From assembly GCF_004765795.1 (NCBI RefSeq), contig NZ_SBIV01000002.1:1-64000 (forward strand): a DNA stretch of 64,000 nucleotides, written 5' to 3'. The position numbers were made by a program, and so were the translations under genes. This document shows positions 30,434-39,420 of this stretch, piece after piece. This DNA is from Halorussus marinus (GTDB lineage: Archaea; Halobacteriota; Halobacteria; Halobacteriales; Haladaptataceae). The notes under the pieces are model-generated. The model made no database searches, was not told the origin of the DNA, and was given only the letters and a program-made list of their open reading frames with translations. Every line of letters begins with the position of its first letter. Position 1 is the stretch's first letter.

Positions 30434-31216
30434 TTACTTCGGCGGCCGAAGCCGGTAGTACCGGCGGTTGAGGTCGTACATGTACCCCTCCTGCATCGAC
30501 TTCAACACCGCGTACGAGACCGCACCTGCCACGATGGGTAGCAAGAACGTGAGGTCGAACAGCAGGTGGGGGTCGATGAGGTCGCTGATGATGTTCTTGA
30601 CCGACAGCACGCTGATGGTGAACGCGAACACGACGCCCGAGACGCCGACGCTCGCCCAGAACGGCTGTTCGACCGGGCGGCGCGCGCTCCCCTTGTTCAG
30701 GAACGGGACGATCGCGATGAACCCGACCACGACCACGTTGGCGAGCACGCCGTAGGTACGGTCGGCGAACAGCTTCTCGCCGCCGAGGATGGCGAGTTCG
30801 GGGTTGAGCGGGCCGAGCTTTAGCAGTCCGAACGACCAGTAGAGATACCAGTCGGGCAGGATGATCGCCGGCGTCGAACTCGGGTCGGCGGGCGGGCCCA
30901 AGTGGGGCGGGAGCGTCGCCGACAGGAACACGATCATGCCGACGAAGAAGCTCGTCAGCGAGAGGTTCCGGATCATCTCGTGGGGCCACGTCGGGAACGC
31001 CAACACGTCGCGCTCGACGTAGCTGGACTCCTGTCGGAGGTCCTGGTCCTCTCGGCGCGAGCGCTCGAAGTACTCGTAGGTCAGCCGCGAGAGACCCTGT
31101 CTGCGCTCTTTGCGCTCGCTCCACGTCGGCGTCTCGTCGTCGGGCGGGACGATGCCCGTGCCACCGTCTGTCTGTGCTTCGCCGCTTTCGTCGGTTTGTG
31201 ATTGGTCGTCTGCCAT
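30434..31216 (-). CDS. petD: Cytochrome b C-terminal subunit (subunit IV-like)
   Basis: TWPH, PADPSSTP..ILPDWY (PEWY equivalent), VPFLN. Confidence 0.92.
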   Translation of the reverse strand: MADDQSQTDESGEAQTDGGTGIVPPDDETPTWSERKERRQGLSRLTYEYFERSRREDQDLRQESSYVERDVLAFPTWPHEMIRNLSLTSFFVGMIVFLSATLPPHLGPPADPSSTPAIILPDWYLYWSFGLLKLGPLNPELAILGGEKLFADRTYGVLANVVVVGFIAIVPFLNKGSARRPVEQPFWASVGVSGVVFAFTISVLSVKNIISDLIDPHLLFDLTFLLPIVAGAVSYAVLKSMQEGYMYDLNRRYYRLRPPK

Positions 31217-31222
31217 GGTTGA

Positions 31223-32017
31223 TTAGTGGGGTTCGGCGATGCCCTGAATCCACACGATCGCGATGTGGACCGCGATGATCGTAGTCACCACGAACGGGAG
31301 CAAGAAGACGTGGATGATGTACATCCGCTGGAGCGTCGACGCCCCGAGGCTGAAGCCGCCGAACAACAGCTTGGCGACCCACTCGCCCGCGAGGGGGATC
31401 GAGAGGCTCATCTCCACGCCGATCTGGCCCGCCCAGAACGCGAGCTGGTCCCACGGAAGCAGGTAGCCCGTGTACCCGAACACCATCGTGAGACTGATCA
31501 GGATGATCCCGATAATCCAGTTCAGCTCGCGCGGTTCCTTGTACGCCCCGGTGAAGTAGACCCGGAGCATGTGGAGGAACACGGCCGCGACCATGACCTG
31601 GGCCGACCACCGGTGGATCGACCGGAGCATGAACCCGAAGTTCAGGTCGGTCATGATGAACGCGAGCTGGTTGTACGCCAGTGACGGATCGCCCTCCGTG
31701 CCCGGTGCGTAGTAGAACCCGAGCAGCGCCCCGCTCAGGGCGGCCACCACGTACGCGATGGTCGAGAAGCTCCCGAGCGCGTACAGGGGGTACCAGTACC
31801 AGAACTTGTTGTCGAGGTTGTACTGCTCGGTGTGGCTTTTCGGCATCTGGAGGTTGACCCGGTAGTAGAGGGTCTCCAGGATCTCGAGGTAGTCGACGAT
31901 CCGAAAGCGCCGGTCCATCCAGACGAGCGTCGTCAGGAACACTGACTCTACCGGCGTGAGATCCTTCTCTTTCATCCACTCGCCGTGGTCGTACTCGTCT
32001 TTGCGCTCGAGACTCAT
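31223..32017 (-). CDS. petB: Cytochrome b6-like subunit
   Basis: RSIHRW..FLHMLR, YKEPRELNW, GYLLPWDQ..W, H-x14-H in helix D. Confidence 0.96.
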   Translation of the reverse strand: MSLERKDEYDHGEWMKEKDLTPVESVFLTTLVWMDRRFRIVDYLEILETLYYRVNLQMPKSHTEQYNLDNKFWYWYPLYALGSFSTIAYVVAALSGALLGFYYAPGTEGDPSLAYNQLAFIMTDLNFGFMLRSIHRWSAQVMVAAVFLHMLRVYFTGAYKEPRELNWIIGIILISLTMVFGYTGYLLPWDQLAFWAGQIGVEMSLSIPLAGEWVAKLLFGGFSLGASTLQRMYIIHVFLLPFVVTTIIAVHIAIVWIQGIAEPH

Positions 32018-32869
32018 CTAGCTGTCCTCCGGGATCGGAAGCGCGGCGAACGATTTCTGGACGATGCTGAACGGGTCGTACGCCGACTGGTGACACTGAC
32101 AGTAGATCTGGTTCTCGGCTTCGGCGCTGGCGGAGCCGGCGAGGCCCTTGAACGTCGGCACGCAACAGAAGTGCGTGCACTTGTTCAGGTTGGCGATGAA
32201 GCCTTCTTCGGTGCTGGCCGAGAGCCACTCGTTGTCCTGGGCCATCTCCTCGACGCGGGTCGAGCGGATGACCTGAACCGGCAGAATCTCCGAGGAGGAG
32301 ACGTCCTCGGAGCGCCACTTCGCCTGCGCGGGCTTGCCGAGGCCGTCGTCGCCGATGCCGTTGCCCCACGTCTCGTAGTCGCTGAAGTCGTCGACGTGGA
32401 TCTTAGCGCCTTCTTCCATCTCGCTGTTCTGCCAGTCGTACTTCGAGTTGCCGATGTACCGGAAGTAGTTGTCCTGATCGGCGTCGGGACGGACGCCCGC
32501 GTTCGTCTGGACCCCGCAGTACTGGTACCACGTTGAGGAGTAGGTGGTGCCGCCGAGTTCCATCTCCGCGACGGTGATCTCGGAGCCGTTCTCGAGCGTT
32601 ATGGTCTCGGGTTCGGGCCAGATGCCCTTGAGATACCCCTCGGAGTCGACTTCCAGCGGGATCTGGGGCATCGCCCGCGGCGCGGGGCCGGCGGTGTTCT
32701 CGACGCCGTAGAAGTCGACGATCCCGCCGCCGCCGCCGGTCGGACCGGTGGCGGAGTCGATCCCCACAGCGGTCGCGGTGCCGACGCCCGCGAGCGCCGC
32801 GCTCCCGACGACTCCTTTCACGAAGCGACGCCGCCCTGTGCTCTCTGGATATTTATCGTCTGCTGACAT
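32018..32869 (-). CDS. petA: Rieske [2Fe-2S] protein, Tat-exported
   Basis: TGRRRFVKG, CTHFCC, CQCHQSAY. Confidence 0.94.
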   Translation of the reverse strand: MSADDKYPESTGRRRFVKGVVGSAALAGVGTATAVGIDSATGPTGGGGGIVDFYGVENTAGPAPRAMPQIPLEVDSEGYLKGIWPEPETITLENGSEITVAEMELGGTTYSSTWYQYCGVQTNAGVRPDADQDNYFRYIGNSKYDWQNSEMEEGAKIHVDDFSDYETWGNGIGDDGLGKPAQAKWRSEDVSSSEILPVQVIRSTRVEEMAQDNEWLSASTEEGFIANLNKCTHFCCVPTFKGLAGSASAEAENQIYCQCHQSAYDPFSIVQKSFAALPIPEDS

Positions 32870-32872
32870 GAT

Positions 32873-33259
32873 TTATCGTTTGTAGTACGGATACACTGCG
32901 CGCTTGAACTGGTCCCACGCGTCGCCGACCGTGTCGACGCCGTCCTGCTGATCTTCCCGGATGTAGAGGTCTTCCCACTTGCGCCGGCGCTTCTTGACGA
33001 TCATCACGTCGGGGAGGAACTCCTTGCGGTAGAGCAACAGGATGAACGCGAGGTCGATGAAGATGACCGCGAGGACCGACCCGAGATACATGTTGCCGAT
33101 CCCGGTGTACCCCCAGCCGTCGATCAGGCCGTACGTGAACAGACCCACGAACACGATCTCGACCACCGTCAGCAAGACGATGGCGATCGCGGCGGCCGTG
33201 CTCTCTCGGGGCGGTTCGTAGCGGTGAATGTCGCCGTAGGTCGAGCCTGTGGATGACAT
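32873..33259 (-). CDS. 2-TM protein of pet operon
   Basis: 128 aa, 2-3 nt gaps to its neighbours. Confidence 0.85.
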   Translation of the reverse strand: MSSTGSTYGDIHRYEPPRESTAAAIAIVLLTVVEIVFVGLFTYGLIDGWGYTGIGNMYLGSVLAVIFIDLAFILLLYRKEFLPDVMIVKKRRRKWEDLYIREDQQDGVDTVGDAWDQFKRAVYPYYKR

Positions 33260-33261
33260 CG

Positions 33262-33930
33262 TCAGTTACCTCCCTCGGTGTGTGGCGACTCGCCGTACTT
33301 CACCACGAAGAACGTGTAGACGAGCGATACGATGATCATCAGGATGGTCGCGATGCCGACGAAGTGAGCCTGAATCGGGACCCCCATGTGTTCGGGGTCC
33401 TGCTCGGCGGCCGCGCCGCCACCGCCGCCACCGCCGCCACCTTCTTGGACCGTGATACTCCCGACCATCCCCGCGCTCCGGTGGGGCGTACAGTAGTACT
33501 CGTAAGTGCCCTCGACGGTGAACGTGTGGCTGTACTCGTGGCCGGTGTTGTACGTCTCGCTGTCGCCGCCTTCGGTGCCGTCCCAGTCCGCGCCCTCGGG
33601 CTGGCTCGATCGGACCACGTTGTGGTTGTCCGAGTCCCAGACCCACCGGACGGTCGTCCCCGGCGCGATCGTCAGTTCGGCCGGTTCGAACACGAGGTCG
33701 CCGCCGGGGCCGACCGTGACCTCCTGGGTCGGTCCGCCGCCGGCCGCGCCCCCGCCGGACTGAGTCCCCTCCGCGGTCCCGTTGGCGGTCGTCGTCATCG
33801 TCTCGTTTCCGGAGGCAGTCGTGGTGTCACCGGCGGACGTGGTCGTCTCTTGTGCGCCCGCAGTCGCCGCTCCCGCGGCAGTTCCGCCAGCAACACCGCT
33901 GGCTGCCGTCAGAAAGTCCCGCCTCTTCAT
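33262..33930 (-). CDS. Membrane-anchored halocyanin (type 1 copper protein)
   Basis: Tat MKRRDFL, HNV, YYCTPHRSAGM, Gly linker, C-terminal TM. Confidence 0.93.
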   Translation of the reverse strand: MKRRDFLTAASGVAGGTAAGAATAGAQETTTSAGDTTTASGNETMTTTANGTAEGTQSGGGAAGGGPTQEVTVGPGGDLVFEPAELTIAPGTTVRWVWDSDNHNVVRSSQPEGADWDGTEGGDSETYNTGHEYSHTFTVEGTYEYYCTPHRSAGMVGSITVQEGGGGGGGGGAAAEQDPEHMGVPIQAHFVGIATILMIIVSLVYTFFVVKYGESPHTEGGN

Positions 33931-34015
33931 ACAGTTCGAACTCAGGGCAGGACTTGCTTAAAGCCACCGATGCCGCCGGACGGGAGTTTCGGCCGCGAGC
34001 CCGGCCAGCGAGGGC

Positions 34016-34855
34016 TCAGTTGCCGTCTCGGGGTTCCGACGAGACGCCCGCGTCGTTCGGCCCGACCGGGGCGTCGCCGGTCGCCTCCTCGGCGTCCTCG
34101 TCGGGGAGGAACGCGGGGCGCTCGCCGTCTTCGACCCCGACCGCCCGGAGCCGGTTGCGGTACTCCTCGGATCGGAACCGATCGGAGAGACGCGCGTTCG
34201 CGACCAGCAGGAAGACGAACCCGCCGAACAGGAGGAAGCCGAATCCGGCGACCCCGGCGACGAGCGGGAGCGCGAGCGGAACCCAGGCGACCAGCAGTGC
34301 CACCCCCGCGAGGAGGTGGACCGCCGCGATGATCTGCATCAGTCTGTTGCCGAGTTCGCCCGATCCCTCTGGGACCTCGGTGGGCTCGGGAAGCGCGCCG
34401 CCCTCGGGCGGGTCGGGGACCTCGTAGCTCTCCATCGACGCGAGCGCGATCGACGGCTTCACGTCTCGGAGGACGGTCCCGCTGCCCTCGACGGTGCCGT
34501 CGGGGTAGACCACCGCGTACCCCTCGTCGGAGTACGCGAGCAGTTGGTCCTCGCCGTCGCGCTCGATGCGTTCGGTGACCGCGAACACGTCTCGCTTGGC
34601 GACCCGGGTTTCGAGGTCGGCCGCCACGCGGTCGAGGAGCCGTTCGCCGGTGATCCACGAGTCGTGGTCGAACGCCGCTTCCCACTCCTCGTAGGACATC
34701 TCGGCCATGTCGCGGGGGCCGAACTCCTCGAAATCGTACTTCTGCTCGACCTCGTCGCGGAGTTCGGCGCGGTCGTCGGTCTCGGGGACCGATCGGTCGC
34801 CCGCGCTCTCGCCGGGCGGGTCCTCGCGCGACGACTCGCTCTCGGGGTCGGCCAT
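34016..34855 (-). CDS. Conserved acidic 2-TM hypothetical protein
   Basis: 279 aa, haloarchaeal composition. Confidence 0.8.
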   Translation of the reverse strand: MADPESESSREDPPGESAGDRSVPETDDRAELRDEVEQKYDFEEFGPRDMAEMSYEEWEAAFDHDSWITGERLLDRVAADLETRVAKRDVFAVTERIERDGEDQLLAYSDEGYAVVYPDGTVEGSGTVLRDVKPSIALASMESYEVPDPPEGGALPEPTEVPEGSGELGNRLMQIIAAVHLLAGVALLVAWVPLALPLVAGVAGFGFLLFGGFVFLLVANARLSDRFRSEEYRNRLRAVGVEDGERPAFLPDEDAEEATGDAPVGPNDAGVSSEPRDGN

Positions 34856-34921
34856 CGGTCGACGGTTGGGTTTCGAGCGGCTAAACGCTTCTGTCTCGGC
34901 GAGGCTGGTCGGGACGGTCGA

Positions 34922-35584
34922 TCAGAACTCGGTCCACGTCGCGGGCTGGCCGCCGAGCCCCCTGACGCGGAGTTCGGACGTGCCGTCGGTCTCGCGGACG
35001 TCGATTCGGCCGTCACACAGTTGCGTGATCGTGTTGACCACGCGCTCGTCCTGCGTGGTCGAGTCGATGAGAAACACGCCGAGGCCGTCGCTGGCGGCGA
35101 TGCGGCCGCCGAGAGTGTGGACGAACCGCGAGACCGTCTGGAGGTCCGAGTACATCAACAGGGTCGAGACCGAGTACAGTCCCGCCCGGACGCGGTCGGT
35201 CGCCTCCTGGTACAGCGACTCGTAGAGCCCCGAGAACTCGATCCCGATCCCGGTGAGGTCGCTGGGGTTCGACACCGTCGCCATCCGGACCGGGAGGTCT
35301 TTCGGGCCGTGCTGGTCGCTCAGGCAGTCGAGGAGCCCGAACTTGCTTCGGTCCAGATCGGGACACAGCCGATCGCAGTCGCCCAGCAGTTTCTCGCAGT
35401 GTCTGTTGGTCGAGACCATCAACATCCCCTCGGCCGCGTCGTTGCCCCGGGTGACCAGTCGGAGCGCGAGGTCGCGGGCGCCGCCCATCGTCGACCCGGC
35501 CACGAGGATGTTGGTCCCGGGGTCGACCGCCGCGAGCGGGAGGTCGGGGCCGAACTCGTAGGGTCGATCCGAACTGCGACTCAT
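34922..35584 (-). CDS. Degenerate RecA/KaiC-like ATPase-fold protein
   Basis: PGTNILVAG, SNPSDLTGIGI, SVSTLLMY, LCDGRIDVRE, LRVRGL; no GKT/S. Confidence 0.75.
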   Translation of the reverse strand: MSRSSDRPYEFGPDLPLAAVDPGTNILVAGSTMGGARDLALRLVTRGNDAAEGMLMVSTNRHCEKLLGDCDRLCPDLDRSKFGLLDCLSDQHGPKDLPVRMATVSNPSDLTGIGIEFSGLYESLYQEATDRVRAGLYSVSTLLMYSDLQTVSRFVHTLGGRIAASDGLGVFLIDSTTQDERVVNTITQLCDGRIDVRETDGTSELRVRGLGGQPATWTEF

Positions 35585-36474
35585 CGCGTGTCACCTCCCG
35601 CGGCGTCGTCGTGAAGTTCGAGCAGTCGCATCGCGACGGTCGAGAGCGTCCGGAGGTACGCCCGATCGTCGTCGTCGAAGCTCCGGGGCTCGTCGTGGTA
35701 GACACAGAAGGTCCCGATCGTCTCGCCCGACGGCGTCGTCAGGTCCGCGCCCATGTACGACCGGATCCCCATGGATTCGAGCGTCTCGTTGTCCGCGAAC
35801 CGCGGGTCCTCGGCGACGTTCTCGATGACCGTCACCGAGCCGTCGTCGACGATGGTGTAGGTGCAGATGGCGTCCTCGCGGTCGGTGGGCGTCCAGTCGG
35901 CGCCGTGACAGACGAGAAAGTCCTGCTGGCTCTCGTCGATGATGTTGATCGACGCCGTCGAGACGCCGTAGTGGCGCGCGGCGAGCGAGGTGAGTCGCTC
36001 GACGTCGGCCCGCAGGTCGTCGGCGTCGAGGTCGTAGCTGTCGAGCGCGGCGAGCCGAGCAGACTCGTCTTTCGGGAGCGGGTAGGCGGTCTGGGTTCGG
36101 AACCGCGCGGTCGCGTCAACGAGTCGCGCGAGCCGCACGCTCGCGGTCTCGGCGCTCTTGTCGACGTACTCCACGACGACGTCGTCGGGGGCGTTCGCCA
36201 CGACCGTCTCGCGGTCGACGGCGGTGTGAAGCACACACCCCGTGTCGGGGGCGATCTCTCGGATCCGCGAGACGAGCTCTAGCCCGGTGCCGTCGGGGAG
36301 GTCGTACTCGGTCACGACGCAGTCGGGAGCGTGGTTCCGACACGCCGCGACGGCCGCCTCGATCGAACCGGCGGCCACGAGCGCGGCGTCGTCGATAGCC
36401 GCCCCGAGGCGTTCGACCGTGGCCGCACGCTCCGACTCGTCGGGGTCGACGCAGATCGCGGTGAGTTCCGGCAT
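35581..36474 (-). CDS. Receiver-like domain + GAF domain protein
   Basis: CVVTEYDLPDGTGLEL; ESARLAAL, ICTYTI, DPRF..N, YMGADL, IGTFCV. Confidence 0.88.
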   Translation of the reverse strand: MPELTAICVDPDESERAATVERLGAAIDDAALVAAGSIEAAVAACRNHAPDCVVTEYDLPDGTGLELVSRIREIAPDTGCVLHTAVDRETVVANAPDDVVVEYVDKSAETASVRLARLVDATARFRTQTAYPLPKDESARLAALDSYDLDADDLRADVERLTSLAARHYGVSTASINIIDESQQDFLVCHGADWTPTDREDAICTYTIVDDGSVTVIENVAEDPRFADNETLESMGIRSYMGADLTTPSGETIGTFCVYHDEPRSFDDDDRAYLRTLSTVAMRLLELHDDAAGGDTR

Positions 36475-36584
36475 GTCAGTCGGTCGTACGTGACGACTGG
36501 GTGGAAGGGAATTAACTCTGTCGCCGCGAGCCCGCCGGAACCGCTTTCGGGTCGCTTAACCGCGCTCGCTCCTAACCGCCGCGC

Positions 36585-37070
36585 ATGGTCAGCGACGCGA
36601 TAGTTGCGAGCGCCGTCGCCATCCTCGTCACCGCGAGTCTCCCGTTTTACCTCTACGGCGCGTGGTACATCCTGAATCAGGAGACGGTGACGTGGGACGT
36701 GCTGGTCCACCACCTCAAGTACATCGCGGTGGGCCTGACGCTGACGACGGTCCCCGTCGTGACCTGGATGGCGCCCCGCTTTCTGAATCAGGTCGGGGGG
36801 TTGACCGCGCTCCACGTCTTCCTCGGCCTCCAGGCGTACGCGATGCTCGTCCTCGCGCTGACCGGCATCGTCCGCATCTTTCAGGTCAAACACCGCCACG
36901 ACCTCTACGAGGACCCCGAGACGGACGTCGACATCGACGAACTCCACGAGAACATGGGCGCGTGGCGCGCCCGCCTCCGGATGGGCGTCGCCGGCTACGT
37001 GGTGTTCTGGTTGCTGGCGTGGATCGTGGGCGTGGCCCGCTACCTCAACGAGTACGTGCTGTACGGGTGA
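36585..37070 (+). CDS. 4-TM hypothetical protein
   Basis: 161 aa, CTTAA box ~28 nt upstream. Confidence 0.8.
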   Translation: MVSDAIVASAVAILVTASLPFYLYGAWYILNQETVTWDVLVHHLKYIAVGLTLTTVPVVTWMAPRFLNQVGGLTALHVFLGLQAYAMLVLALTGIVRIFQVKHRHDLYEDPETDVDIDELHENMGAWRARLRMGVAGYVVFWLLAWIVGVARYLNEYVLYG

Positions 37071-37116
37071 GAGCTCCTCGCCCCGCCTTTCTCGTCGTCC
37101 GCGAGCGACCGCGGCG

Positions 37117-37320
37117 TCAGGACGGAGTCGGGCCGCCGGTGCGACCGTTCAGGTACGCGCCCATGAAGGCGACCCCGACGAGCGCGAACGCGCCGACGAT
37201 CCACGGCCCGATCGCGCCCGGCCACTCGCCGGTGACCTCGCGGACGACGACCGCGAGCCCCGCCGAAGCGAACGACAGGACGCCGACGACGAGATACTCC
37301 CGGATCGTTGTCTTCCCCAT
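37117..37320 (-). CDS. Small 2-TM protein
   Basis: MGKTTIREYLVVGVL..., 67 aa, inside an over-extended ORF call. Confidence 0.6.
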   Translation of the reverse strand: MGKTTIREYLVVGVLSFASAGLAVVVREVTGEWPGAIGPWIVGAFALVGVAFMGAYLNGRTGGPTPS

Positions 37321-37403
37321 GTGTGGCGCTACGCTAACGAGCCGCCGGTACAAATAGCGTGTGCCCGACGAGGGGCCAAGTCGAGCGAGACGGCCCGGGC
37401 GGC

Positions 37404-38090
37404 CTACGCCCACTTCTCGCCGCTGGCGAGGTCGACGTCGCCGTCGAGCTTCGAGGACGGACAGATGTCTTCGAGGACGCAGTCGGCGCAGTCGGGGTTG
37501 CGCGCGGTGCAGGTCGCCCGACCGTGGCTGATGAACAGGTGGGTGTACTGTTGCCAGTCGTCTTCCGGGACGATCTCCATCAGGTCCCGCTCGATGGCCT
37601 CCGGTCGTTCTTCGTCGGTGATGCCGAGCCGTCGGGAGATACGCTGGACGTGGGTGTCGACCACGACGCCCTCGACGACGTCGTGGCCGTGCTGGAGGAC
37701 GACGTTGGCGGTCTTGCGCCCGACGCCCTTGAGGTCGGTGAGCTCGTCCATCGTGTCCGGGACCTCGCCGTCGTGCTCGTCGAGCATCAGCTGGGCCGAG
37801 GTCTTGATGTAGTCGGCCTTGCTGTTGTGGTAGGTGATCGAATTGAGGTCTTCCGAGAGCTCGTCGACGTCGGCGTTCGCGTAGTCCTCGACCGTCCCGT
37901 ACTTCTCGAACAGATGGGCGGTCTCCTTGTTCACGCGCTCGTCTGTACACTGCGCCGAGAGGATCACGGCGACGAGGAGTTCGAGCCGGTTCGAGAAGTT
38001 CAGCGAGATGGTCGAGTCGGGGTAGGCGTCGTAGAGGCGGTCGAGGACCTCCTCGACCTGCGCCTCGCGCGTGTCGAGTGGCGTTCCCAT
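37404..38090 (-). CDS. nth: Endonuclease III
   Basis: LSAQCTD, LKGVGRKTAN, VDTHV, CTARNPDCADCVLEDIC. Confidence 0.97.
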   Translation of the reverse strand: MGTPLDTREAQVEEVLDRLYDAYPDSTISLNFSNRLELLVAVILSAQCTDERVNKETAHLFEKYGTVEDYANADVDELSEDLNSITYHNSKADYIKTSAQLMLDEHDGEVPDTMDELTDLKGVGRKTANVVLQHGHDVVEGVVVDTHVQRISRRLGITDEERPEAIERDLMEIVPEDDWQQYTHLFISHGRATCTARNPDCADCVLEDICPSSKLDGDVDLASGEKWA

Positions 38091-38356
38091 ACTGTCGTGG
38101 TGGGGTGGGCGCGGTTTGAATCTTGTTCGTCGGCCCCGAGACGCGGCGTCGAGAGGTCCGTTTGGAACGCCGAGCGACCGGGTCCGTCTCGAACGTCGAA
38201 CGATCGTTCCGAACGCGAGGAAACGAGCCGAGCGTCACTTCGACTGGAGTGTGAGAATAACAACACCAACCGCCATTCGAACACGCTCACTAACCGCCGT
38301 TCGCTCCCGACCGACGTTCCGAGAGTTTTAACCGCCGACCCCACACCTGTCCACGC

Positions 38357-39337
38357 ATGAAGGCGACCGCGAAGGCCCACCCGATCCAGGGCCTCGTCAA
38401 GTACCACGGGATGCGCGACGAGCAGCTCAGGCTCCCGTACCACGACTCGATCAGCGTCTGCACCGCACCGAGCCACACGAAGACCACCGTCGAGTTCGAC
38501 CCCGACCTCGACGGCGACACCTTCGTCGTCGGCGGCGAGCAACTGGCCGACCACGAGGCCGACCGGGTCGCGAGCGTCGTCGCTCGGGTTCGCGAGCTCG
38601 CCGAGGCCGACCACGCCGACTACCCGGTCCGGCTGGAGAGCGAAAACTCCTTCCCGTCGAACGTCGGGCTCGGCTCGTCGTCGTCGGGGTTCGCGGCCGC
38701 GGCGCGGGCGCTCGCCGAGGCGGCCGACCTCGATCTCACGCTCCCCGAGATCTCGACCATCGCGCGCCGGGGGTCGTCGTCGGCGGCCCGCGCGGTCACC
38801 GGCGGGTTCTCGGACCTCCACGCCGGGCTCAACGACGAGGACTGCCGGTCCGAGCGCCTCGACTCGCCGCTCGAAGACGACCTCCGCATCGTCGCGGGGC
38901 TGGTGCCGGCGTACAAAGAGACCGAACACGCCCACCGCGAGGCCGCCGACAGCCACATGTTCGAGGCCCGACTCGCCCACATCCACGACCAGCTCGCGAC
39001 GGTCCGGGACGCGCTCCGGGCCGGCGACTTCGACCGGGTGTTCGAGACCGCCGAGCACGACTCGCTGTCGCTGGCGGCGACCACGATGACCGGGCCCTCC
39101 GGGTGGGTGTACTGGAAGCCCGAGACCATCGAGATCTTCGACGCCGTGCGCGAACTCCGAGAAGAGGGCGTGCCGGTGTACTTCTCGACCGACACGGGCG
39201 CGAGCGTCTACGTCAACACGACCGCCGACCACGTCGACCGCGTCGAGGACGTCGTCGCCGACTGCGGCGTCGAGACGATGGTCTGGGAGGCCGGCGGTCC
39301 CGCCGAGATACTCCCCGAAGACGACGCGCTGTTCTGA
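38357..39337 (+). CDS. mvaD: Phosphomevalonate decarboxylase (GHMP kinase fold)
   Basis: AHPIQGLVKYHG, SFPSNVGLGSSSSGFAA, STDTGA; TTTTAA box at 38326. Confidence 0.93.
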   Translation: MKATAKAHPIQGLVKYHGMRDEQLRLPYHDSISVCTAPSHTKTTVEFDPDLDGDTFVVGGEQLADHEADRVASVVARVRELAEADHADYPVRLESENSFPSNVGLGSSSSGFAAAARALAEAADLDLTLPEISTIARRGSSSAARAVTGGFSDLHAGLNDEDCRSERLDSPLEDDLRIVAGLVPAYKETEHAHREAADSHMFEARLAHIHDQLATVRDALRAGDFDRVFETAEHDSLSLAATTMTGPSGWVYWKPETIEIFDAVRELREEGVPVYFSTDTGASVYVNTTADHVDRVEDVVADCGVETMVWEAGGPAEILPEDDALF

Positions 39338-39420
39338 GATCGGCCCCGTTCTCCGTCCGCTGCCGGGTCCCGCCTGCCGGTGGGCGAACGCTTTTGTCGA
39401 CGCTCGGACAGAGCTAACGC

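Noticed and set aside
38091..38356. nth-mvaD spacer as a fifth repeat copy
   Set aside because: Neither head nor tail consensus is recognisable.
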